Shown here: piece after piece, positions 10,940 to 24,209 of the stretch | How positions within the stretch are numbered: the first letter of the stretch is position 1 | How the letters are laid out: the number at the start of each line of letters is the position of its first letter | Assembly (NCBI GenBank): GCA_964057225.1 | Contig: OZ059900.1 | Span: 13,082,001 to 13,146,000, forward strand | DNA: 64,000 nucleotides | Direction: 5' to 3' | Origin: Auanema rhodensis | Lineage: Eukaryota; Animalia; Nematoda | Notes under the pieces: generated by a model | Seen by the model: the letters and a program-made list of their open reading frames with translations, nothing else | Told to the model about the DNA's origin: nothing | Databases searched by the model: none | Position numbers and translations under genes: made by a program

Positions 10940-13809
10940 TTGCACACTCATGGTGTGCTTTCCAAAATGTATTTCCAACTCAGAAGTTCTCTGGTTAGAT
11001 TGAGATACTACCTCTAACTTGGGTAATTAAACCAAATCTATTCAGGAAACTTATGAACTGTTCTAGCCTATCGCCGTATATGTGATCAGTGTACAAAGCT
11101 ATACAAAGCTATACAAAGTTTTATCCTGTCAAACTATAATGTAAAAGACGCGTAATGTTCATGATCAAATTCATATTGCTTAATCATCTATAGTGTCATA
11201 TAATCATACTAAGACAGACAGTTTTCAATATTGCACACTCATGGTGTGCTTTCCAAAATGTATTTCCAACTCAGAAGTTCTCTGGTTAGATTGAGATACT
11301 ACCTCTAACTTGGGTAATTAAACCATATCTATTCAGGAAACTTATGAACTGTTCTAGCCTATCGCCGTATATGTGATCAGTGTACAAAGCTATACAAAGC
11401 TATACAAAGCTTTATCCGGTCAAACTATAATGTAAAAGACGCGTCATGTTCATATTCAAATTTGTTTTGCTTTGGCATCTATAGTGTCATATAATCATAC
11501 TAAGACAGACAGTTTTCAATATTGCACACTCATGGTGTGCTTTCCAAAATGTATTTCCAACTCAGAAGTTCTCTGGTTAGATTGAGATACTACCTCTAAC
11601 TTGGGTAATTAAACCATATCTATTCAGGAAACTTATGAACTGTTCTAGCCTATCGCCGTATATATGATCAGTGTACAAAGCTATACAAAGCTTTATCCGG
11701 TCAAACTATAATGTAAAAGACGCGTCATGGTCATATTCAAATTTGTTTTGCTTTGGCATCTATAGTGTCATATAATCATACTAAGACAGACAGTTTTCAA
11801 TATTGCACACTCATGGTGTGCTTTCCAAAATGTATTTCCAACTCAGAAGTTCTCTGGTTAGATTGAGATACTACCTCTAACTTGGGTAATTAAACCAAAT
11901 CTATTCAGGAAACTTATGAACTGTTCTAGCCTATCGCCGTATATGTGATCAGTGTACAAAGATATACAAAGCTTTATCCGGTCAAACTATAATGTAAAAG
12001 ACGCGTCATGTTCATATTCAAATTTGTTTTGCTTTGGCATCTATAGTGTCATATAATCATACTAAGACAGACAGTTTTCAATATTGCACACTCATGGTGT
12101 GCTTTCCAAAATGTATTTCCAACTCAGAAGTTCTCTGGTTAGATTGAGATACTACCTCTAACTTGGGTAATTAAACCAAATCTATTCAGGAAACTTATGA
12201 ACTGTTCTAGCCTATCGCCGTATATGTGATCAGTGTACAAAGCTATACAAAGCTATACAAAGTTTTATCCTGTCAAACTATAATGTAAAAGACGCGTAAT
12301 GTTCATGATCAAATTCATATTGCTTAATCATCTATAGTGTCATATAATCATACTAAGACAGACAGTTTTCAATATTGCACACTCATGGTGTGCTTTCCAA
12401 AATGTATTTCCAACTCAGAAGTTCTCTGGTTAGATTGAGATACTACCTCTAACTTGGGTAATTAAACCAAATCTATTCAGGAAACTTATGAACTGTTCTA
12501 GCCTATCGCCGTATATGTGATCAGTGTACAAAGCTATACAAAGCTATACAAAGTTTTATCCTGTCAAACTATAATGTAAAAGACGCGTAATGTTCATGAT
12601 CAAATTCATATTGCTTAATCATCTATAGTGTCATATAATCATACTAAGACAGACAGTTTTCAATATTGCACACTCATGGTGTGCTTTCCAAAATGTATTT
12701 CCAACTCAGAAGTTCTCTGGTTAGATTGAGATACTACCTCTAACTTGGGTAATTAAACCATATCTATTCAGGAAACTTATGAACTGTTCTAGCCTATCGC
12801 CGTATATGTGATCAGTGTACAAAGCTATACAAAGCTATACAAAGCTTTATCCGGTCAAACTATAATGTAAAAGACGCGTCATGTTCATATTCAAATTTGT
12901 TTTGCTTTGGCATCTATAGTGTCATATAATCATACTAAGACAGACAGTTTTCAATATTGCACACTCATGGTGTGCTTTCCAAAATGTATTTCCAACTCAG
13001 AAGTTCTCTGGTTAGATTGAGATACTACCTCTAACTTGGGTAATTAAACCATATCTATTCAGGAAACTTATGAACTGTTCTAGCCTATCGCCGTATATAT
13101 GATCAGTGTACAAAGCTATACAAAGCTTTATCCGGTCAAACTATAATGTAAAAGACGCGTCATGGTCATATTCAAATTTGTTTTGCTTTGGCATCTATAG
13201 TGTCATATAATCATACTAAGACAGACAGTTTTCAATATTGCACACTCATGGTGTGCTTTCCAAAATGTATTTCCAACTCAGAAGTTCTCTGGTTAGATTG
13301 AGATACTACCTCTAACTTGGGTAATTAAACCAAATCTATTCAGGAAACTTATGAACTGTTCTAGCCTATCGCCGTATATGTGATCAGTGTACAAAGATAT
13401 ACAAAGCTTTATCCGGTCAAACTATAATGTAAAAGACGCGTCATGTTCATATTCAAATTTGTTTTGCTTTGGCATCTATAGTGTCATATAATCATACTAA
13501 GACAGACAGTTTTCAATATTGCACACTCATGGTGTGCTTTCCAAAATGTATTTCCAACTCAGAAGTTCTCTGGTTAGATTGAGATACTACCTCTAACTTG
13601 GGTAATTAAACCAAATCTATTCAGGAAACTTATGAACTGTTCTAGCCTATCGCCGTATATGTGATCAGTGTACAAAGCTATACAAAGCTATACAAAGTTT
13701 TATCCTGTCAAACTATAATGTAAAAGACGCGTCATGTTCATATTCAAATTTGTTTTGCTTTGGCATCTATAGTGTCATATAATCATACTAAGACAGACAG
13801 TTTTCAATA
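10940..13809. repeat. Tandem duplication of a 5-monomer unit (1435 bp)
   Basis: The same order of variant monomers occurs at 10940-12374 and 12375-13809. The match breaks down within the last monomer. Confidence 0.8.
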
Positions 13810-16800
13810 TTGCACACTCATGGTGTGCTTTCCAAAATGTATTTCCAACTCAGAAGTTCTCTGGTTAGATTGAGATACTACCTCTAACTTGGGTAATTAA
13901 ACCAAATCTATTCAGGAAACTTATGAACTGTTCTAGCCTATCGCCGTATATATGATCAGTGTACAAAGCTATACAAAGCTTTATCCGGTCAAACTATAAT
14001 GTAAAAGACGCGTCATGGTCATATTCAAATTTGTTTTGCTTTGGCATCTATAGTGTCATATAATCATACTAAGACAGACAGTTTTCAATATTGCACACTC
14101 ATGGTGTGCTTTCCAAAATGTATTTCCAACTCAGAAGTTCTCTGGTTAGATTGAGATACTACCTCTAACTTGGGTAATTAAACCAAATCTATTCAGGAAA
14201 CTTATGAACTGTTCTAGCCTATCGCCGTATATGTGATCAGTGTACAAAGATATACAAAGCTTTATCCGGTCAAACTATAATGTAAAAGACGCGTCATGTT
14301 CATATTCAAATTTGTTTTGCTTTGGCATCTATAGTGTCATATAATCATACTAAGACAGACAGTTTTCAATATTGCACACTCATGGTGTGCTTTCCAAAAT
14401 GTATTTCCAACTCAGAAGTTCTCTGGTTAGATTGAGATACTACCTCTAACTTGGGTAATTAAACCAAATCTATTCAGGAAACTTATGAACTGTTCTAGCC
14501 TATCGCCGTATATGTGATCAGTGTACAAAGATATACAAAGCTTTATCCGGTCAAACTATAATGTAAAAGACGCGTCATGTTCATATTCAAATTTGTTTTG
14601 CTTTGGCATCTATAGTGTCATATAATCATACTAAGACAGACAGTTTTCAATATTGCACACTCATGGTGTGCTTTCCAAAATGTATTTCCAACTCAGAAGT
14701 TCTCTGGTTAGATTGAGATACTACCTCTAACTTGGGTAATTAAACCAAATCTATTCAGGAAACTTATGAACTGTTCTAGCCTATCGCCGTATATATGATC
14801 AGTGTACAAAGCTATACAAAGCTTTATCCGGTCAAACTATAATGTAAAAGACGCGTCATGGTCATATTCAAATTTGTTTTGCTTTGGCATCTATAGTGTC
14901 ATATAATCATACTAAGACAGACAGTTTTCAATATTGCACACTCATGGTGTGCTTTCCAAAATGTATTTCCAACTCAGAAGTTCTCTGGTTAGATTGAGAT
15001 ACTACCTCTAACTTGGGTAATTAAACCAAATCTATTCAGGAAACTTATGAACTGTTCTAGCCTATCGCCGTATATGTGATCAGTGTACAAAGATATACAA
15101 AGCTTTATCCGGTCAAACTATAATGTAAAAGACGCGTCATGTTCATATTCAAATTTGTTTTGCTTTGGCATCTATAGTGTCATATAATCATACTAAGACA
15201 GACAGTTTTCAATATTGCACACTCATGGTGTGCTTTCCAAAATGTATTTCCAACTCAGAAGTTCTCTGGTTAGATTGAGATACTACCTCTAACTTGGGTA
15301 ATTAAACCAAATCTATTCAGGAAACTTATAAACTGTTCTAGCCTATCGCCGTATATGTGATCAGTGTACAAAGCTATACAAAGCTATACAAAGCTTTATC
15401 CGGTCAAACTATAATGTAAAAGACGCGTCATGTTCATATTCAAATTCATTTTGCTTTAGCATCTGTAGTGTTATATAATCATACTAAGACAGACAGTTTT
15501 CAATATTGCACACTCGTGGTGTGCTTTCCAAAATGTATTTCCAACTCAGAAGTTCTCTGGTTAGATTGAGATACTACCTCTAACTTGGGTAATTAAACCA
15601 AATCTATTCAGGAAACTTATGAACTGTTCTAGCCTATCGCCGTATATATGATCAGTGTACAAAGCTATACAAAGCTATACAAAGCTTTATCCGGTGAAAC
15701 TATAATGTAAAAGACGCGTCATGGTCATATTCAAATTTGTTTTGCTTTGGCATCTATAGTGTCATATAATCATACTAAGACAGACAGTTTTCAATATTGC
15801 ACACTCATGGTGTGCTTTCCAAAATGTATTTCCAACTCAGAAGTTCTCTGGTTAGATTGAGATACTACCTCTAACTTGGGTAATTAAACCAAATCTATTC
15901 AGGAAACTTATAAACTGTTCTAGCCTATCGCCGTATATGTGATCAGTGTACAAAGCTATACAAAGCTATACAAAGCTTTATCCGGTCAAACTATAATGTA
16001 AAAGACGCGTCATGTTCATATTCAAATTCATTTTGCTTTAGCATCTGTAGTGTTATATAATCATACTAAGACAGACAGTTTTCAATATTGCACACTCGTG
16101 GTGTGCTTTCCAAAATGTATTTCCAACTCAGAAGTTCTCTGGTTAGATTGAGATACTACCTCTAACTTGGGTAATTAAACCAAATCTATTCAGGAAACTT
16201 ATGAACTGTTCTAGCCTATCGCCGTATATATGATCAGTGTACAAAGCTATACAAAGCTATACAAAGCTTTATCCGGTGAAACTATAATGTAAAAGACGCG
16301 TCATGGTCATATTCAAATTTGTTTTGCTTTGGCATCTATAGTGTCATATAATCATACTAAGACAGACAGTTTTCAATATTGCACACTCATGGTGTGCTTT
16401 CCAAAATGTATTTCCAACTCAGAAGTTCTCTGGTTAGATTGAGATACTACCTCTAACTTGGGTAATTAAACCAAATCTATTCAGGAAACTTATGAACTGT
16501 TCTAGCCTATCGCCGTATATGTGATCAGTGTACAAAGATATACAAAGCTTTATCCGGTCAAACTATAATGTAAAAGACGCGTCATGTTCATATTCAAATT
16601 TGTTTTGCTTTGGCATCTATAGTGTCATATAATCATACTAAGACAGACAGTTTTCAATATTGCACACTCATGGTGTGCTTTCCAAAATGTATTTCCAACT
16701 CAGAAGTTCTCTGGTTAGAATGAGATACTACCTCTAACTTGGGTAATTAAACCAAATCTATTCAGGAAACTTATGAACTGTTGTAACCTATCGCCGTATA

Positions 16801-18385
16801 AGTGATCAGTGTACAAAGCTATACAAAGCTTTATCCAGTCAAACTATAATGTAAAAGACGCGTCATGTTCATATTCAAATTTGTTTTGCTTTGGCATCTA
16901 TAGTGTCATATAATCATACTAAGACAGACAGTTTTCAATATTGCACACTCATGGTGTGCTTTCCAAAATGTATTTCCAACTCAGAAGTTCTCTGGTTAGA
17001 ATGAGATACTACCTCTAACTTGGGTAATTAAACCAAATCTATTCAGGAAACTTATGAACTGTTGTAGCCTATCGCCGTATATGTGATCAGTGTACAAAGC
17101 TATACAAAGCTATACAAAGCTTTATCCGGTCAAACTATAATGTAAAAGACGCGTCATGTTCATATTCAAATTCATTTTGCTTTAGCATCTGTAGTGTTAT
17201 ATAATCATACTAAGACAGACAGTTTTCAATATTGCACACTCGTGGTGTGCTTTCCAAAATGTATTTCCAACTCAGAAGTTCTCTGGTTAGATTGAGATAC
17301 TACCTCTAACTTGGGTAATTAAACCAAATCTATTCAGGAAACTTATGAACTGTTCTAGCCTATCGCCGTATATATGATCAGTGTACAAAGCTATACAAAG
17401 CTATACAAAGCTTTATCCGGTGAAACTATAATGTAAAAGACGCGTCATGGTCATATTCAAATTTGTTTTGCTTTGGCATCTATAGTGTCATATAATCATA
17501 CTAAGACAGACAGTTTTCAATATTGCACACTCATGGTGTGCTTTCCAAAATGTATTTCCAACTCAGAAGTTCTCTGGTTAGATTGAGATACTACCTCTAA
17601 CTTGGGTAATTAAACCAAATCTATTCAGGAAACTTATGAACTGTTCTAGCCTATCGCCGTATATGTGATCAGTGTACAAAGATATACAAAGCTTTATCCG
17701 GTCAAACTATAATGTAAAAGACGCGTCATGTTCATATTCAAATTTGTTTTGCTTTGGCATCTATAGTGTCATATAATCATACTAAGACAGACAGTTTTCA
17801 ATATTGCACACTCATGGTGTGCTTTCCAAAATGTATTTCCAACTCAGAAGTTCTCTGGTTAGATTGAGATACTACCTCTAACTTGGGTAATTAAACCAAA
17901 TCTATTCAGGAAACTTATAAACTGTTCTAGCCTATCGCCGTATATGTGATCAGTGTACAAAGCTATACAAAGCTATACAAAGCTTTATCCGGTCAAACTA
18001 TAATGTAAAAGACGCGTCATGTTCATATTCAAATTCATTTTGCTTTAGCATCTGTAGTGTTATATAATCATACTAAGACAGACAGTTTTCAATATTGCAC
18101 ACTCGTGGTGTGCTTTCCAAAATGTATTTCCAACTCAGAAGTTCTCTGGCTAGATTGAGATACTACCTCTAACTTGGGTAATTAAACCAAATCTATTCAG
18201 GAAACTTATGAACTGTTCTAGCCTATCGCCGTATATGTGATCAGTGTACAAAGCTATACAAAGCTATACAAAGCTTTATCCGGTGAAACTATAATGTAAA
18301 AGACGCGTCATGTTCATATTCAAATTTGTTTTGCTTTGGCATCTATAGTGTCATATAATCATACTAAGACAGACAGTTTTCAATA

Positions 18386-18479
18386 TTGCACACTCATGGT
18401 GTGCTTTCCAAAATGTATTTCCAACTCAGAAGTTCTCTGGTTAGATTGAGATACTACCTCTAACTTGGGTTTTTAAACC
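18386..18479 (-). ncRNA. SL RNA gene with variant exon GGTTTAAAAACCCAAGTTAGAG
   Basis: The plus strand reads GGGTTTTTAAACC at 18467-18479. Single copy. Confidence 0.8.
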
Positions 18480-21400
18480 AAATCTATTCAGGAAACTTAT
18501 GAACTGTTCTAGCCTATCGCCGAATATGTGATCAGTGTACAAAGCTATACAAAGCTTTATCCGGTCAAACTATAATGTAAAAGACGCGTCATGTTCATAT
18601 TCAAATTTGTTTTGCTTTGGCATCTATAGTGTCATATAATCATACTAAGACAGACAGTTTTCAATATTGCACACTCGTGGTGTGCTTTCCAAAATGTATT
18701 TCCAACTCAGAAGTTCTCTGGTTAGATTGAGATACTACCTCTAACTTGGGTAATTAAACCAAATCTATTCAGGAAACTTATGAACTGTTCTAGCCTATCG
18801 CCGTATATGTGATCAGTGTACAAAGCTATACAAAGCTATACAAAGCTTTATCCGGTGAAACTATAATGTAAAAGACGCGTCATGGTCATATTCAAATTTG
18901 TTTTGCTTTGGCATCTATAGTGTCATATAATCATACTAAGACAGACAGTTTTCAATATTGCACACTCATGGTGTGCTTTCCAAAATGTATTTCCAACTCA
19001 GAAGTTCTCTGGTTAGATTGAGATACTACCTCTAACTTGGGTAATTAAACCAAATCTATTCAGGAAACTTATGAACTGTTCTAGCCTATCGCCGTATATG
19101 TGATCAGTGTACAAAGCTATACAAAGCTATACAAAGTTTTATCCTGTCAAACTATAATGTAAAAGACGCGTCATGTTCATGATCAAATTCATATTGCTTA
19201 ATCATCTATAGTGTCATATAATCATACTAAGACAGACAGTTTTCAATATTGCACACTCATGGTGTGCTTTCCAAAATGTATTTCCAACTCAGAAGTTCTC
19301 TGGTTAGATTGAGATACTACCTCTAACTTGGGTAATTAAACCAAATCTATTCAGGAAACTTATGAACTGTTCTAGCCTATCGCCGTATATGTGATCAGTG
19401 TACAAAGCTATACAAAGCTTTATCGGGTCAAACTATAATGTAAAAGACGCGTCATGTTCATATTCAAATTTGTTTTGCTTTGGCATCTATAGTGTCATAT
19501 AATCATACTAAGACAGACAGTTTTCAATATTGCACACTCATGGTGTGCTTTCCAAAATGTATTTCCAACTCAGAAGTTCTCTGGTTAGATTGAGATACTA
19601 CCTCTAACTTGGGTAATTAAACCAAATCTATTCAGGAAACTTATGAACTGTTCTAGCCTATCGCCGTATATGTGATCAGTGTACAAAGCTATACAAAGCT
19701 ATACAAAGTTTTATCCTGTCAAACTATAATGTAAAAGACGCGTCATGTTCATGATCAAATTCATATTGCTTAATCATCTATAGTGTCATATAATCATACT
19801 AAGACAGACAGTTTTCAATATTGCACACTCATGGTGTGCTTTCCAAAATGTATTTCCAACTCAGAAGTTCTCTGGTTAGATTGAGATACTACCTCTAACT
19901 TGGGTAATTAAACCAAATCTATTCAGGAAACTTATGAACTGTTCTAGCCTATCGCCGTATATGTGATCAGTGTACAAAGCTATACAAAGCTATACAAAGT
20001 TTTATCCTGTCAAACTATAATGTAAAAGACGCGTCATGTTCATATTCAAATTTGTTTTGCTTTGGCATCTATAGTGTCATATAATCATACTAAGACAGAC
20101 AGTTTTCAATATTGCACACTCATGGTGTGCTTTCCAAAATGTATTTCCAACTCAGAAGTTCTCTGGTTAGATTGAGATACTACCTCTAACTTGGGTAATT
20201 AAACCAAATCTATTCAGGAAACTTATGAACTGTTCTAGCCTATCGCCGTATATGTGATCAGTGTACAAAGCTATACAAAGCTATACAAAGTTTTATCCTG
20301 TCAAACTATAATGTAAAAGACGCGTCATGTTCATATTCAAATTTGTTTTGCTTTGGCATCTATAGTGTCATATAATCATACTAAGACAGACAGTTTTCAA
20401 TATTGCACACTCATGGTGTGCTTTCCAAAATGTATTTCCAACTCAGAAGTTCTCTGGTTAGATTGAGATACTACCTCTAACTTGGGTAATTAAACCAAAT
20501 CTATTCAGGAAACTTATGAACTGTTCTAGCCTATCGCCGTATATGTGATCAGTGTACAAAGCTATACAAAGCTATACAAAGTTTTATCCTGTCAAACTAT
20601 AATGTAAAAGACGCGTCATGTTCATATTCAAATTTGTTTTGCTTTGGCATCTATAGTGTCATATAATCATACTAAGACAGACAGTTTTCAATATTGCACA
20701 CTCATGGTGTGCTTTCCAAAATGTATTTCCAACTCAGAAGTTCTCTGGTTAGATTGAGATACTACCTCTAACTTGGGTAATTAAACCAAATCTATTCAGG
20801 AAACTTATGAACTGTTCTAGCCTATCGCCGTATATGTGATCAGTGTACAAAGCTATACAAAGCTATACAAAGTTTTATCCTGTCAAACTATAATGTAAAA
20901 GACGCGTCATGTTCATGATCAAATTCATATTGCTTAATCATCTATAGTGTCATATAATCATACTAAGACAGACAGTTTTCAATATTGCACACTCATGGTG
21001 TGCTTTCCAAAATGTATTTCCAACTCAGAAGTTCTCTGGTTAGATTGAGATACTACCTCTAACTTGGGTAATTAAACCAAATCTATTCAGGAAACTTATG
21101 AACTGTTCTAGCCTATCGCCGTATATGTGATCAGTGTACAAAGCTATACAAAGCTTTATCCGGTCAAACTATAATGTAAAAGACGCGTCATGTTCATATT
21201 CAAATTTGTTTTGCTTTGGCATCTATAGTGTGATATAATCATACTAAGACAGACAGTTTTCAATATTGCACACTCATGGTGTGCTTTCCAAAATGTATTT
21301 CCAACTCAGAAGTTCTCTGGTTAGATTGAGATACTACCTCTAACTTGGGTAATTAAACCAAATCTATTCAGGAAACTTATGAACTGTTCTAGCCTATCGC

Positions 21401-24115
21401 CGTATATGTGATCAGTGTACAAAGCTATACAAAGCTATACAAAGCTTTATCCGGTCAAACTATAATGTAAAAGACGCGTCATGTTCATATTCAAATTTGT
21501 TTTGCTTTGGCATCTATAGTGTGATATAATCATACTAAGACAGACAGTTTTCAATATTGCACACTCATGGTGTGCTTTCCAAAATGTATTTCCAACTCAG
21601 AAGTTCTCTGGTTAGATTGAGATACTACCTCTAACTTGGGTAATTAAACCAAATCTATTCAGGAAACTTATAAACTGTTCTAGCCTATCGCCGTATATGT
21701 GATCAGTGTACAAAGCTATACAAAGCTATACAAAGCTTTATCTGGTCAAACTATAATGTAAAAGACGCGTCATGTTCATATTCAAATTTGTTTTGCTTTG
21801 GCATCTATAGTGTCATATAATCATACTAAGACAGACAATTTTCAATATTGCACACTCATGGTGTGCTTTCCAAAATGTATTTCCAACTCAGAAGTTCTCT
21901 GGTTAGATTGAGATACTACCTCTAACTTGGGTAATTAAACCAAATCTATTCAGGAAACTTATGAACTGTTCTAGCCTATCGCCGTATATGTGATCAGTGT
22001 ACAAAGCTATACAAAGCTTTATCCGGTCAAACTATAATGTAAAAGACGCGTCATGTTCATATTCAAATTTGTTTTGCTTTGGCATCTATAGTGTGATATA
22101 ATCATACTAAGACAGACAGTTTTCAATATTGCACACTCATGGTGTGCTTTCCAAAATGTATTTCCAACTCAGAAGTTCTCTGGTTAGATTGAGATACTAC
22201 CTCTAACTTGGGTAATTAAACCAAATCTATTCAGGAAACTTATGAACTGTTCTAGCCTATCGCCGTATATGTGATCAGTGTACAAAGCTATACAAAGCTT
22301 TATCCGGTCAAACTATAATGTAAAAGACGCGTCATGTTCATATTCAAATTTGTTTTGCTTTGGCATCTATAGTGTCATATAATCATACTAAGACAGACAG
22401 TTTTTAATATTGCACACTCATGGTGTGCTTTCCAAAATGTATTTCCAACTCAGAAGTTCTCTGGTTAGATTGAGATACTACCTCTAACTTGGGTAATTAA
22501 ACCAAATCTATTCAGGAAACTTATGAACTGTTCTAGCCTATCGCCGTATATGTGATCAGTGTACAAAGCTATACAAAGCTTTATCCGGTCAAACTATAAT
22601 GTAAAAGACGCGTCATGTTCATATTCAAATTTGTTTTGTTTTGGCATCTATAGTGTCATATAATCATACTAAGACAGACAATTTTCAATATTGCACACTC
22701 ATGGTGTGCTTTCCAAAATGTATTTCCAACTCAGAAGTTCTCTGGTTAGATTGAGATACTACCTCTAACTTGGGTAATTAAACCAAATCTATTCAGGAAA
22801 CTTATGAACTGTTCTAGCCTATCGCCGTATATGTGATCAGTGTACAAAGCTATACAAAGCTTTATCCGGTCAAACTATAATGTAAAAGACGCGTCATGTT
22901 CATATTCAAATTTGTTTTGCTTTGGCATCTATAGTGTGATATAATCATACTAAGACAGACAGTTTTCAATATTGCACACTCATGGTGTGCTTTCCAAAAT
23001 GTATTTCCAACTCAGAAGTTCTCTGGTTAGATTGAGATACTACCTCTAACTTGGGTAATTAAACCAAATCTATTCAGGAAACTTATGAACTGTTCTAGCC
23101 TATCGCCGTATATGTGATCAGTGTACAAAGCTATACAAAGCTTTATCCGGTCAAACTATAATGTAAAAGACGCGTCATGTTCATATTCAAATTTGTTTTG
23201 CTTTGGCATCTATAGTGTCATATAATCATACTAAGACAGACAGTTTTTAATATTGCACACTCATGGTGTGCTTTCCAAAATGTATTTCCAACTCAGAAGT
23301 TCTCTGGTTAGATTGAGATACTACCTCTAACTTGGGTAATTAAACCAAATCTATTCAGGAAACTTATGAACTGTTCTAGCCTATCGCCGTATATGTGATC
23401 AGTGTACAAAGCTATACAAAGCTATACAAAGCTTTATCCGGTGAAACTATAATGTAAAAGACGCGTCATGGTCATATTCAAATTTGTTTTGCTTTGGCAT
23501 CTATAGTGTCATATAATCATACTAAGACAGACAGTTTTCAATATTGCACACTCATGGTGTGCTTTCCAAAATGTATTTCCAACTCAGAAGTTCTCTGGTT
23601 AGATTGAGATACTACCTCTAACTTGGGTAATTAAACCAAATCTATTCAGGAAACTTATGAACTGTTCTAGCCTATCGCCGTATATGTGATCAGTGTACAA
23701 AGATATACAAAGCTTTATCCGGTCAAACTATAATGTAAAAGACGCGTCATGTTCATATTCAAATTTGTTTTGCTTTGGCATCTATAGTGTCATATAATCA
23801 TACTAAGACAGACAGTTTTCAATATTGCACACTCATGGTGTGCTTTCCAAAATGTATTTCCAACTCAGAAGTTCTCTGGTTAGATTGAGATACTACCTCT
23901 AACTTGGGTAATTAAACCAAATCTATTCAGGAAACTTATGAACTGTTCTAGCCTATCGCCGTATATGTGATCAGTGTACAAAGCTATACAAAGCTATACA
24001 AAGCTTTATCCGGTGAAACTATAATGTAAAAGACGCGTCATGTTCATATTCAAATTTGTTTTGCTTTGGCATCTATAGTGTCATATAATCATACTAAGAC
24101 AGACAGTTTTCAATA

Positions 24116-24209
24116 TTGCACACTCATGGTGTGCTTTCCAAAATGTATTTCCAACTCAGAAGTTCTCTGGTTAGATTGAGATACTACCTCTAACTTGGGT
24201 ATTTAAACC
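24116..24209 (-). ncRNA. SL RNA gene with variant exon GGTTTAAATACCCAAGTTAGAG (also in monomers starting 25261, 25542, 26687, 29537, 32388)
   Basis: The plus strand reads GGGTATTTAAACC in six copies. Confidence 0.85.
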
